A stretch of DNA of 64,000 bases from Candidatus Poribacteria bacterium (GTDB taxonomy: Bacteria; Poribacteria; WGA-4E; PCPOR2b). Below the pieces are notes generated by a model, which did no database searches, was not told the origin of the DNA, and worked only from the letters and a program-made list of their open reading frames with translations. Shown one piece after another: positions 31,221-39,408 of the stretch. The DNA is taken from assembly GCA_965223985.1 (NCBI GenBank), contig OZ245030.1, forward strand, positions 1,924,029 through 1,988,028, in the 5' to 3' direction. Both the position numbers and the translations under genes were made by a program. Positions within the stretch are counted from its first letter, which is position 1, and each line of letters opens with the position of its first letter.

Positions 31221-32246
31221 ATGCAACATCCAGTAACAGTTGTACGTCTAAGCATATTGGCGAGTGTATTCCTCGTGGGTTGTTTTGCGCTAATCCTGAG
31301 TGCACATGCTCAGGCACCCAATGGTCCTACCATCGCAGTTGCTAGTTTAGGGGACGGTGGGACGCTCTGGCTCATAGATAAGGATGGAGAACAAGCGCGC
31401 GCAATACACGACATTGAGGGGGATCCGGTAGTCTTAGGGTTGTCGTGGTCCCCGGACGGTAATAAGATTGCGTTCTTTTCTGAAAAGAAGAAGGACGTAG
31501 AAAGTGATGTGTACGTGGTGGATGCCGACGGTAAGGGGCTCAGAAATCTCACAGACCGTCAAGGGTTTGATGGCTGGCCCACTTGGCACCCCAGCGGGCA
31601 AAGGCTTGCCTTCACTACCGATCGAGATGGCAACCTTGAAATTTACACGATGTCGGCTCAAGGAATCATCGGTGGCAACCTCACGAACGATGCCGTTCCT
31701 GACCAAATGCCCACTTGGTCACCAGATGGTCGTAAGATTGCCTTTGCCACTAAACGAGGGAAGACACTAGGTGACATCTGGGTGATGGACACCAGCGGAG
31801 GCAGCCTCCAGAACCTGACCGAGCATAGGGGGCAGGACATCGAACCTCGATTTGCCTTCGACTCTAAAAAGATCGCTTGGACAACACGGCGGTTTGGGGA
31901 AGGAGCAATCATGGTCATGGATGCCGATGGACAGAATCAAGTACAGATTTCCCCTAACCCTGAAAATGAAAAGCGAGATCCTGCATTTTCGCCCGACGGT
32001 AAAAAAATCATCTACGTAAGATTCGGTGGGGGTCAGGCGAATATTCAGAAACGGTCGGTAAAACAGTTTGCAAAAGGAGTGCCGAATGTATGCGGGGGTG
32101 ATTGTTTTGAACTTCCGGGGATAGGTTTCCCAACACGTTCACCGGTGTGGTTTGACCCAGATTTTGTGGTTGAGTGGGCGGTTTCTCCTGCGGACAAACG
32201 TCCAATGACATGGGGCTGGATAAAACAGTTGGGGCAGAGCAGATAA
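31221..32246 (+). CDS. TolB-like periplasmic beta-propeller protein, paralog 3 (diverged)
   Basis: ORF 31185-32246, likely start ATG 31221 after AAAGGAG; signal peptide AHAQAP; PD40 repeats; tail DKRPMTWGWIK. Confidence 0.7.
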   Translation: MQHPVTVVRLSILASVFLVGCFALILSAHAQAPNGPTIAVASLGDGGTLWLIDKDGEQARAIHDIEGDPVVLGLSWSPDGNKIAFFSEKKKDVESDVYVVDADGKGLRNLTDRQGFDGWPTWHPSGQRLAFTTDRDGNLEIYTMSAQGIIGGNLTNDAVPDQMPTWSPDGRKIAFATKRGKTLGDIWVMDTSGGSLQNLTEHRGQDIEPRFAFDSKKIAWTTRRFGEGAIMVMDADGQNQVQISPNPENEKRDPAFSPDGKKIIYVRFGGGQANIQKRSVKQFAKGVPNVCGGDCFELPGIGFPTRSPVWFDPDFVVEWAVSPADKRPMTWGWIKQLGQSR

Positions 32247-32431
32247 TCACTTGTGCGGAGTCTATCCACCAGATCCAGTGTTGATGGGTACCGAATGGTG
32301 AGAATCAACTTCTTTGAAAGATATAACCAGCAAAGGCGGTAGTGACTGGAAGTTTCCCGGGCATTACAACATGCAATGATGGTTGCGCGGACTTTTTGCA
32401 TAGCCGCGACGAAAAGATCGAATTAGGAGTG

Positions 32432-32878
32432 ATGCAACAATACAGACATACCCAGATTGGTTATCTCCTCATCATCTTGTATAGCGCAGTGGTAGTCTTC
32501 ATAGGCTATGTGAATGTTTTGGTGGGTTTTAACCCGTTTGCCTTAGCCGCTCTAATTGTTATGGTTTTTGTTCTAAGGCTATTCTCTAGTTTGACGGTAG
32601 CGGTCGATGCCAAGATGATTAAGATTCAATTTGGTTTGGGGGTTATTCGTAAGGTTTTTCTGCTAAAGGACGTAGAAACATACTTTGTAGTCAAGAATCC
32701 TTGGTACTACGGTTGGGGGATTAGATTCACTACAAGAGGTTGGCTATTCAATGTTTCTGGTTTCTCGGCAATCGAACTTCAGATGAAGAATGGGAAGAGG
32801 TATCGGATAGGGACGGATGAGCCCGATAATTTAGCGAATGCGCTTACCGAAGCACTGAATGATGTTCCCGTTCAGTAA
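32432..32878 (+). CDS. Small membrane protein with bacterial PH-like domain
   Basis: ORF 32342-32878, likely start 32432 after AGGAG; two TM helices then beta-rich domain. Confidence 0.45.
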   Translation: MQQYRHTQIGYLLIILYSAVVVFIGYVNVLVGFNPFALAALIVMVFVLRLFSSLTVAVDAKMIKIQFGLGVIRKVFLLKDVETYFVVKNPWYYGWGIRFTTRGWLFNVSGFSAIELQMKNGKRYRIGTDEPDNLANALTEALNDVPVQ

Positions 32879-32900
32879 CTCTGCGCATAGAGGAAGAACG

Positions 32901-33686
32901 ATGTTTATTCGTATTGTAACACACGATTCGATTGCATGTATGAGTTTAGTAGCCTTCGCTTGCATCTTCGCAACATCAGGGCATGCAGAGATTGACCCAG
33001 ATACGATTGTAGGGTTGTGGCTCCTCGACGAGGATAAAGGTAGAGAAGCTAAAGATAGCTCAGGCAATGAACTTCACGGGACGTTCACAGGGTCTCCTAA
33101 GTGGAGGGAAGGTAAGTTCGGCCGGGGCCTGGAACTCCCAGGCGGAGGCGATACGGTCAAGATTGAAGGATTTGCCCAGGACTTTCCCACCGAGGAAGTG
33201 ACAATCACATCGTGGGTGAAGGTAGAAGGGTTCAAGAATCAAGACCTTTTTAGTCTCGAACCACTTGACCCTAGTCGCGTCACAGTCCACTTTCCGTGGG
33301 ATAACCAACTTCACTGGCAGTTCAGCACTATATGGATGCATCCACCACTTCCAATTGGTGAGGAGGTTGAAGGCAAATGGCAACATTGGGCTTTCATCCA
33401 TAGTATTGCGGATAACGTAATGCTTGCATATCAGGATGGCGAGGAGGTCGGAAGATCGCAGAACTCCAAAGCGTATGCTCCACGAGCCGGAGATTTTCAC
33501 ATAGGCGGTAGACTAGGTTCTTCTTTTCAGGGTTTCGTTGACGAAGTTGGACTGTTTGAGGCTGTCCTTAGCCAAGCTGATATACAAAGCATTATGGAAA
33601 ACGGTCTTGAGGCGCGAGTCTTTGCAGTTTCGCCAGCCAGCAAGCTTGCGATCTCCTGGGGTCAAATCAAAGCACGAAAGGAATGA
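32901..33686 (+). CDS. Secreted LamG-like (concanavalin A-like/Laminin_G_3) protein, type A copy 1
   Basis: Signal peptide …ATSGHA/EIDPDT; LamG hallmark GFVDEVGLFEAVLSQADIQSIM; C-terminal tail VSPASKLAISWGQIKARKE. Confidence 0.7.
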   Translation: MFIRIVTHDSIACMSLVAFACIFATSGHAEIDPDTIVGLWLLDEDKGREAKDSSGNELHGTFTGSPKWREGKFGRGLELPGGGDTVKIEGFAQDFPTEEVTITSWVKVEGFKNQDLFSLEPLDPSRVTVHFPWDNQLHWQFSTIWMHPPLPIGEEVEGKWQHWAFIHSIADNVMLAYQDGEEVGRSQNSKAYAPRAGDFHIGGRLGSSFQGFVDEVGLFEAVLSQADIQSIMENGLEARVFAVSPASKLAISWGQIKARKE

Positions 33687-33842
33687 TCTCCTGAGGAATT
33701 TCCAGTTTCACCCGTCAAAAAGTCTATTGCCCTGCGGTTGGTTCATGTAGGTGAGGTACGCGCCGTCGAGAGAAATCGTGTGGCTCACAGAACCACAGTA
33801 GAATTTTGAAACATATCAAACTATTTATAGGAGAAAAAAACG

Positions 33843-34640
33843 ATGTTTGATCGGATTGTAACAAGATTTTCGATTGTATGTATGAGTTTAGTAGCCTTCG
33901 GGTGGATTCTCGTAACATCAGGGTATGCAGAGATCGACCCAGATACCATTAGAGGGTTGTGGCTCCTTGACGAGGGCAAAGGAAAGGATGCCAAGGATGG
34001 CTCGGACAATGAACGTCACGGGACGTTCACGGGAACTCCCAAATGGAGGGAAGGTAAATTCGGCCAGGCCGTTGAGTTTGGAGGTGCAGGCGACACCGTC
34101 AAGATTGAAGGATTTGGCATGGAATTTCCCTCGGAGGAAGTGACAATTACGTCGTGGGTGAAGTTAGAGGGGTTCAGGAATCAAGACCTTTTTAGTCTCG
34201 TGCCGCTTGAGGTTGGTAACAAGGGCCGCGTCACAGTCCACTTTCCCTGGGATAACGCTGTTCACTGGCAGTTCGGCACGCCTTTTACGGGGATTGCACC
34301 GGTTGCGCTCGACAAGGCGGTGGAAGGCAAATGGCAGCACTGGGCTTTCATTCATAGTGTTAAAGAAAACGTGTTTCTTGTGTATCAGGATGGCGAGGAA
34401 GTGCGAAGGACAGCGAATTCGCAAGCGTTTGTTCCAGGAGCCGCAGATTTTCACATAGGTGGTAGACTGGGTTCTTCTTTTGAGGGTTTCGTTGACGAAG
34501 TTGGAGTTTTTGAGGCTGTCCTTAGCCAAGCTGACATAAAAAGCATCATGGAAAATGGTCTTGAAGCGCGCGTCTTTGCTGTGTTGCCAGCCAGCAAACT
34601 TGCGACTTCCTGGGGTCGAATCAAAGTGAAAAGGGAGTAA
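33843..34640 (+). CDS. Secreted LamG-like protein, type B copy 1
   Basis: Paralog with EVGNKGRVTV variant; tail LPASKLATSWGRIKVKRE. Confidence 0.7.
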   Translation: MFDRIVTRFSIVCMSLVAFGWILVTSGYAEIDPDTIRGLWLLDEGKGKDAKDGSDNERHGTFTGTPKWREGKFGQAVEFGGAGDTVKIEGFGMEFPSEEVTITSWVKLEGFRNQDLFSLVPLEVGNKGRVTVHFPWDNAVHWQFGTPFTGIAPVALDKAVEGKWQHWAFIHSVKENVFLVYQDGEEVRRTANSQAFVPGAADFHIGGRLGSSFEGFVDEVGVFEAVLSQADIKSIMENGLEARVFAVLPASKLATSWGRIKVKRE

Positions 34641-34819
34641 CCCCGGGCGCGCCGCCGCGGGGGGAATTGTCCTATCTTTGTATTCAACACTTGTCTTTAA
34701 TCCATGTGCGACCAAACCCTTGCGAAGGTTTCAAACCTTCGCAAGGGTAAACCTCGCTGGCACACCATATCGTCTCTACACCATTGAGTGAGATTGGGAA
34801 ACATTGGAGATTTGCCGCA

Positions 34820-34940
34820 ATGAAGACGCACCATTAGTGAAGCAAAGCTGACCGATATGTAGGTCATGGAGTTCTGTAGAAACGAGTTCTTCATGTTTGA
34901 AAGCGTAGTTCCGCATGAATTTAATCAACGAACCATCTAC
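34820..34940 (+). pseudogene. 5' remnant of a PhyH-family dioxygenase gene
   Basis: ~120 nt alignable to the first 130 nt of the gene at 36810 (ATGAAGACGCACCATTAG…), with a stop at codon 6. Confidence 0.6.
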
Positions 34941-34960
34941 ATTTGTCGGAGGCAAAAACG

Positions 34961-35743
34961 ATGTTTATTCGCACTATAGCAAGATTTTCGATTGCATGTA
35001 TGAGTTTAGTAGTCTTCGCTTGCATCTTCGCAACATCAGGGCATGCAGAGATTGACCCAGATACGATTGTAGGGTTGTGGCTCCTCGACGAGGATAAAGG
35101 CAGAGAAGCTAAAGATAGCTCAGGCAATGAACTTCACGGGACGTTCACGGGATCTCCTAAGTGGAGGGAAGGTAAGTTCGGCCGGGGCTTGGAGTTCCCG
35201 GGAGGGGGCGATACTGTCAAAATTGAAGGATTTGCCCAGGACTTTCCCACGGAAGAAGTGACAATCACATCGTGGGTGAAAGTAGAGGGGTTCAAGAATC
35301 AAGACCTTTTTAGTATGGAACCGCTTGACCCTAGTCGCGTCACAGTCCACTTTCCGTGGGATGGCCACCTTCACTGGCAGTTTAGCAATACGGGTATGGC
35401 TCCAATTCTGATTGGCGAAGCGGTAAAAGGGAAATGGCAACACTGGGCTTTCATCCATAGTGTTGCGGATAACGTGATGCTCGCCTATCAGGATGGCGAG
35501 GAGGTCCGAAGAACATCGGTTTCAAATGCGTATGTTCCGCGGGCCGGAAGTTTTCACATAGGCGGCAGACTGGGTTCTTCGTTTCAGGGTTTCGCTGACG
35601 AAGTTGGCCTGTTTGAGGCTGTCCTTAGCCAAGCTGACATAAAAAGCATCATGGAAAACGGTCTCGAGGCTCGCGTTTTTGCGGTTTCGCCAGCCAGCAA
35701 ACTTGCAACTTCTTGGGGTCAAATCAAGGCAGGAAGAGAGTGA
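34961..35743 (+). CDS. Secreted LamG-like protein, type A copy 2
   Basis: Near-identical over long stretches to 32901-33686; tail VSPASKLATSWGQIKAGRE. Confidence 0.7.
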   Translation: MFIRTIARFSIACMSLVVFACIFATSGHAEIDPDTIVGLWLLDEDKGREAKDSSGNELHGTFTGSPKWREGKFGRGLEFPGGGDTVKIEGFAQDFPTEEVTITSWVKVEGFKNQDLFSMEPLDPSRVTVHFPWDGHLHWQFSNTGMAPILIGEAVKGKWQHWAFIHSVADNVMLAYQDGEEVRRTSVSNAYVPRAGSFHIGGRLGSSFQGFADEVGLFEAVLSQADIKSIMENGLEARVFAVSPASKLATSWGQIKAGRE

Positions 35744-35879
35744 ATCCCAAACACCTATTCACTGTGGTTTGTTCAAGTAGTTGGGGTAAGCGCTGTCCAG
35801 CGATATTGTGTGGCTGGGAGAGCCACAGTAAAATTTTGAAACGCATCAAGCTATTTCTATTTGTAGGAGGAAAAGAACG

Positions 35880-36680
35880 ATGTTTGTACGTATTGTAACA
35901 AGCGTTTCAATTGCATGTATGAGTTTAGTAGCCTTCAGTTGGATCTTTACAACATCATCAGGGTATGCAGAGATCGACCCAGATACCATTAGAGGGTTGT
36001 GGCTCCTTGACGAGGGCAAGGGAAAGGACGCCAAGGATAGATCGGGCAATGAACTTCACGGGACGTTCACGGGAACTCCCAAATGGAGGGAAGGTAAATT
36101 CGGTCAGGCCGTTGAGTTTGGAGGTGCAGGCGACACCGTCAAAATTGAAGGATTTGGCCTGGAATTTCCCGCGGAGGAAGTGACAATCACATCGTGGGTA
36201 AAGGTAGAGGGGTTCAAGAATCAAGACCTTTTTAGTCTCGAGCCGCTTGAGGTTGGTAACAAAGGCCGCGTCACAGTCCACTTTCCCTGGGACAACGGTG
36301 TTCACTGGCAGTTCGGCACCCCTTTTACGGGGATTGATCCAATTCCGCTCGACAAAGCGGTAAAAGGTAAATGGCAGCACTGGGCTTTCATCCATAGTGT
36401 TGTAGAAAACATGTTCCTTGTCTATCAGGATGGCGAGGAAGTGAAAAAAACACCGAGGTCAAAGGCGTTTGTTCCAGGAGCCGCAGATTTTCACATAGGC
36501 GGTAGACTGGGTTCTTCTTTTGAGGGTTTCGTTGACGAAGTTGGAGTTTTTGAGGCTGTCCTTAGCCAAGCTGACATAAAAAGCATCATGGAAAATGGTC
36601 TTGAAGCGCGTGTCTTTGCGGTTGCGCCAGCCAACAAACTTGCGACCTCCTGGGGCAAAATCAAGGCACAAAGAGAGTGA
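35880..36680 (+). CDS. Secreted LamG-like protein, type B copy 2
   Basis: Near-identical to 33843-34640; tail VAPANKLATSWGKIKAQRE. Confidence 0.7.
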   Translation: MFVRIVTSVSIACMSLVAFSWIFTTSSGYAEIDPDTIRGLWLLDEGKGKDAKDRSGNELHGTFTGTPKWREGKFGQAVEFGGAGDTVKIEGFGLEFPAEEVTITSWVKVEGFKNQDLFSLEPLEVGNKGRVTVHFPWDNGVHWQFGTPFTGIDPIPLDKAVKGKWQHWAFIHSVVENMFLVYQDGEEVKKTPRSKAFVPGAADFHIGGRLGSSFEGFVDEVGVFEAVLSQADIKSIMENGLEARVFAVAPANKLATSWGKIKAQRE

Positions 36681-36809
36681 CCCAGAGACCACCTCGTTTT
36701 GCGCATTTTAACACCTGTTCTTGCGATTCATGCGCGGCTAAACCCTTAGCGGGACTAGCCGAGCGATCAATTGCGGGTTAGATTAGGAACATATTGGAGA
36801 TCGACCACA

Positions 36810-37592
36810 ATGCAAACGCACGATTGCGAAGCAACGCTGACCGATTCGCAGGTCTTGGAATTCTGTAAAAATGGGTTCTTAATGTTTGAAGGCGTTGTTC
36901 CAGATGAAATTAATCAGCGGGTCTATGAATATTGCGATGACCATGAAGGTCAGGTACCTGCGGGCGAAGACTGGTACATTGAGAACGTCACGCTTAATCC
37001 ACAAGTGACCGGTGCGATACGATCCGTCTTGGGCAAGAATTTCCGTTATAATCTTTTCGCCGGCAATCATCGAGTCCAGGGTCCGACCCACATGACCGGC
37101 GGGTGGCACAACGATGGGGGATCTGTTTACAAGCCCGATCTTGATTCCTTGCAGGTATTTTACTATCCACAGGACACCCCCGTTGCACTTGGACCGACCG
37201 AAGTGGTTCCCGGTTCACATTTTCTCGTCCATTTGCAGCGCTGGATGGGACACTACACGGGCATCAAAGGAGCGGTCTCTACAGAAGCGCCCGCAGGCTC
37301 GATTTTTCTCACTATCTATTCTGTTTGGCATCGGCGGAGCACCTCTACAGCGAGCGGCATCCGTAATCTGATTAAGTATTGGTATATACGCACGTCGCCG
37401 CCGGAGCGTGACTGGGCTATCGAACCAGATTTTGACCTCGTACGCCCCTATCATTTCCCACCTGGTCCAACCTTCCACAGGGAACATCACCACACAATCA
37501 ATGACGCTGCTGAGATTTATTATTGGTTGTGCGGAAAACACGGCGAATATCGCGGTCACACTAACAATTTGCCCGTCTATTTCTCTAGATAG
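36810..37592 (+). CDS. PhyH-family Fe(II)/2-oxoglutarate dioxygenase, paralog 1
   Basis: HxD motif (WHNDGG) and distal His (PGSHF); no signal peptide. Confidence 0.7.
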   Translation: MQTHDCEATLTDSQVLEFCKNGFLMFEGVVPDEINQRVYEYCDDHEGQVPAGEDWYIENVTLNPQVTGAIRSVLGKNFRYNLFAGNHRVQGPTHMTGGWHNDGGSVYKPDLDSLQVFYYPQDTPVALGPTEVVPGSHFLVHLQRWMGHYTGIKGAVSTEAPAGSIFLTIYSVWHRRSTSTASGIRNLIKYWYIRTSPPERDWAIEPDFDLVRPYHFPPGPTFHREHHHTINDAAEIYYWLCGKHGEYRGHTNNLPVYFSR

Positions 37593-37606
37593 GGAGGGAT
37601 ACTACT

Positions 37607-38398
37607 TTGGGCAGCCATGACTTCGAACCAACACTGACAGATACGCAAGTTCTTGAGTTTTGCAGAGATGGGTTCTTAATGTTCAAAGGTGTCGTGCCGG
37701 ATGAAATTAATCGACGGGTCTTTGACTATTGCGACGCACACGATGGCAACGTACCAGCAGGCGAGGATTGGTATATTGATAATGTGACGCTTAATCCGCA
37801 AGCGGCTGGTGCGATACGGTCTCTTTTAGGCAAAAACTTCCGTTGGTCAGGGGCGGGCAACCACCGCATCCGATGCCCGGTTCAAGAATTACACCAGCAA
37901 TCGAACGGTTTGTGGCATAACGACGGAGGCTCCGTATACACGCCGGAGATTGATTGCCTGCAAGTGTTTTATTACCCACAGGATACCCCTGTGGAGCTAG
38001 GTCCAACAGAGGTGGTGCCTAGTTCTCATTTTCTCCACAGTTACCATTTCTGGATGGGCCATTATGGCAGGATTCGGAGTGCAGTTTCCACAGCAGCGCC
38101 GGCAGGCTCGATTTTTCTCACCATCTACCGCATTTGGCATCGGCGCAGTCCGTCTACAGCAAGCGGTATTCGCAATCTAATTAAGTATTCGTACATACGA
38201 ACTGTACCGCCCGAGCACGATTGGATTATTGAGCCGGGGTTCGATCTCGCGCATACCTATCACGCGCCGCCCGGTCCACAGTTCCACCGAGAATACCACC
38301 GCACTATCAATGACGCCGCTGAGATTTACTTTTGGCTGTGTGGCAAACACAATCAATATCGCGGCGCCCGGAGTAGTTTGCCCATCTATTACTCTTGA
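37607..38398 (+). CDS. PhyH-family dioxygenase, paralog 2
   Basis: ~70% aa identity to paralog 1; WHNDGG / PSSHF. Confidence 0.7.
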   Translation: MGSHDFEPTLTDTQVLEFCRDGFLMFKGVVPDEINRRVFDYCDAHDGNVPAGEDWYIDNVTLNPQAAGAIRSLLGKNFRWSGAGNHRIRCPVQELHQQSNGLWHNDGGSVYTPEIDCLQVFYYPQDTPVELGPTEVVPSSHFLHSYHFWMGHYGRIRSAVSTAAPAGSIFLTIYRIWHRRSPSTASGIRNLIKYSYIRTVPPEHDWIIEPGFDLAHTYHAPPGPQFHREYHRTINDAAEIYFWLCGKHNQYRGARSSLPIYYS

Positions 38399-38607
38399 TG
38401 GAAGCGTAATAATTGATAGCGTATGAAGCGGGAACATCCAGTCCAAAAATATCTAGGATGTGGACGTGGCAAAAGAGCAATTCATACGAAGGACGAGCAG
38501 AGGTTTGCTACAAGAATTCGGGATATGTGAAGGCTCAAAATTGAGAAGAGTATAACGAGTGTGGCGATACGGGCAATATTTTATCAAGAGACATATAGGG
38601 TTATCGG

Positions 38608-39396
38608 TTGATGAAAACTTATAACAGTGAGCCTACGCTTACGGACACCCAAGTGCTAGAGTTCTGTAGAGATGGCTTCATGATGCTCAAGGGTGTTGTG
38701 CCAGAAGAGATTAATAAGCAAACATTTGAGTTCCTCGATTTACACCCGCATGGCAAACCAGTTGAAATTCTAAAGGAGGATTGGTTTGTCGAGAACGTGA
38801 TTCTTAATTCGCAGGCAGTGGGTATCGTGCGGTCGCTACTGGGGAAGAACTTTGCGCTCGCCACTCGGATTGCCAATCATCGAGCCGAGTGCCCAGGACC
38901 AGCCCAGCATTGGCACCGAGATGGCGGATCGATTCACAGTCCTGAGATGGATAGTTTACAGGTGTTCTATTATCCTCAGGACACCCCGCTTGAACTAGGC
39001 CCAACACAGGTGGTGCCCGGTTCCCACCTGCTCTTCTCTTTGCAGAGCCATATGAGACATTATGGCAGTATACGAGTTGCTCATTCCGCAGTAGCCCCCG
39101 CAGGCTCAATTTTCATCACGATGTATTCCATTTGGCACCGCCGCGGCCCATCCACGTCGCATGGTACGCGCAATCTGCTGAAATATTGGTACCGGCGAAC
39201 TGTGCCTCCCGAACGCGACTGGGTTATTGAACAGGAGTTCAATCTTCAGCAGGCTTATCATTTCTCGCACGGCATAACCTTCAATCGAGAAGGTCACAAG
39301 ACCATTAATGACGCTGCCGAGATTTATTTTTGGCTGTGCGGCAAGCACGACCAATATCGCGCGCGCACTAACAATTTGCCCGTCTATTTCTCTTGA
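38608..39396 (+). CDS. PhyH-family dioxygenase, paralog 3
   Basis: WHRDGG / PGSHL motifs. Confidence 0.7.
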   Translation: MMKTYNSEPTLTDTQVLEFCRDGFMMLKGVVPEEINKQTFEFLDLHPHGKPVEILKEDWFVENVILNSQAVGIVRSLLGKNFALATRIANHRAECPGPAQHWHRDGGSIHSPEMDSLQVFYYPQDTPLELGPTQVVPGSHLLFSLQSHMRHYGSIRVAHSAVAPAGSIFITMYSIWHRRGPSTSHGTRNLLKYWYRRTVPPERDWVIEQEFNLQQAYHFSHGITFNREGHKTINDAAEIYFWLCGKHDQYRARTNNLPVYFS

Positions 39397-39408
39397 GAGG
39401 AGGGGGCA

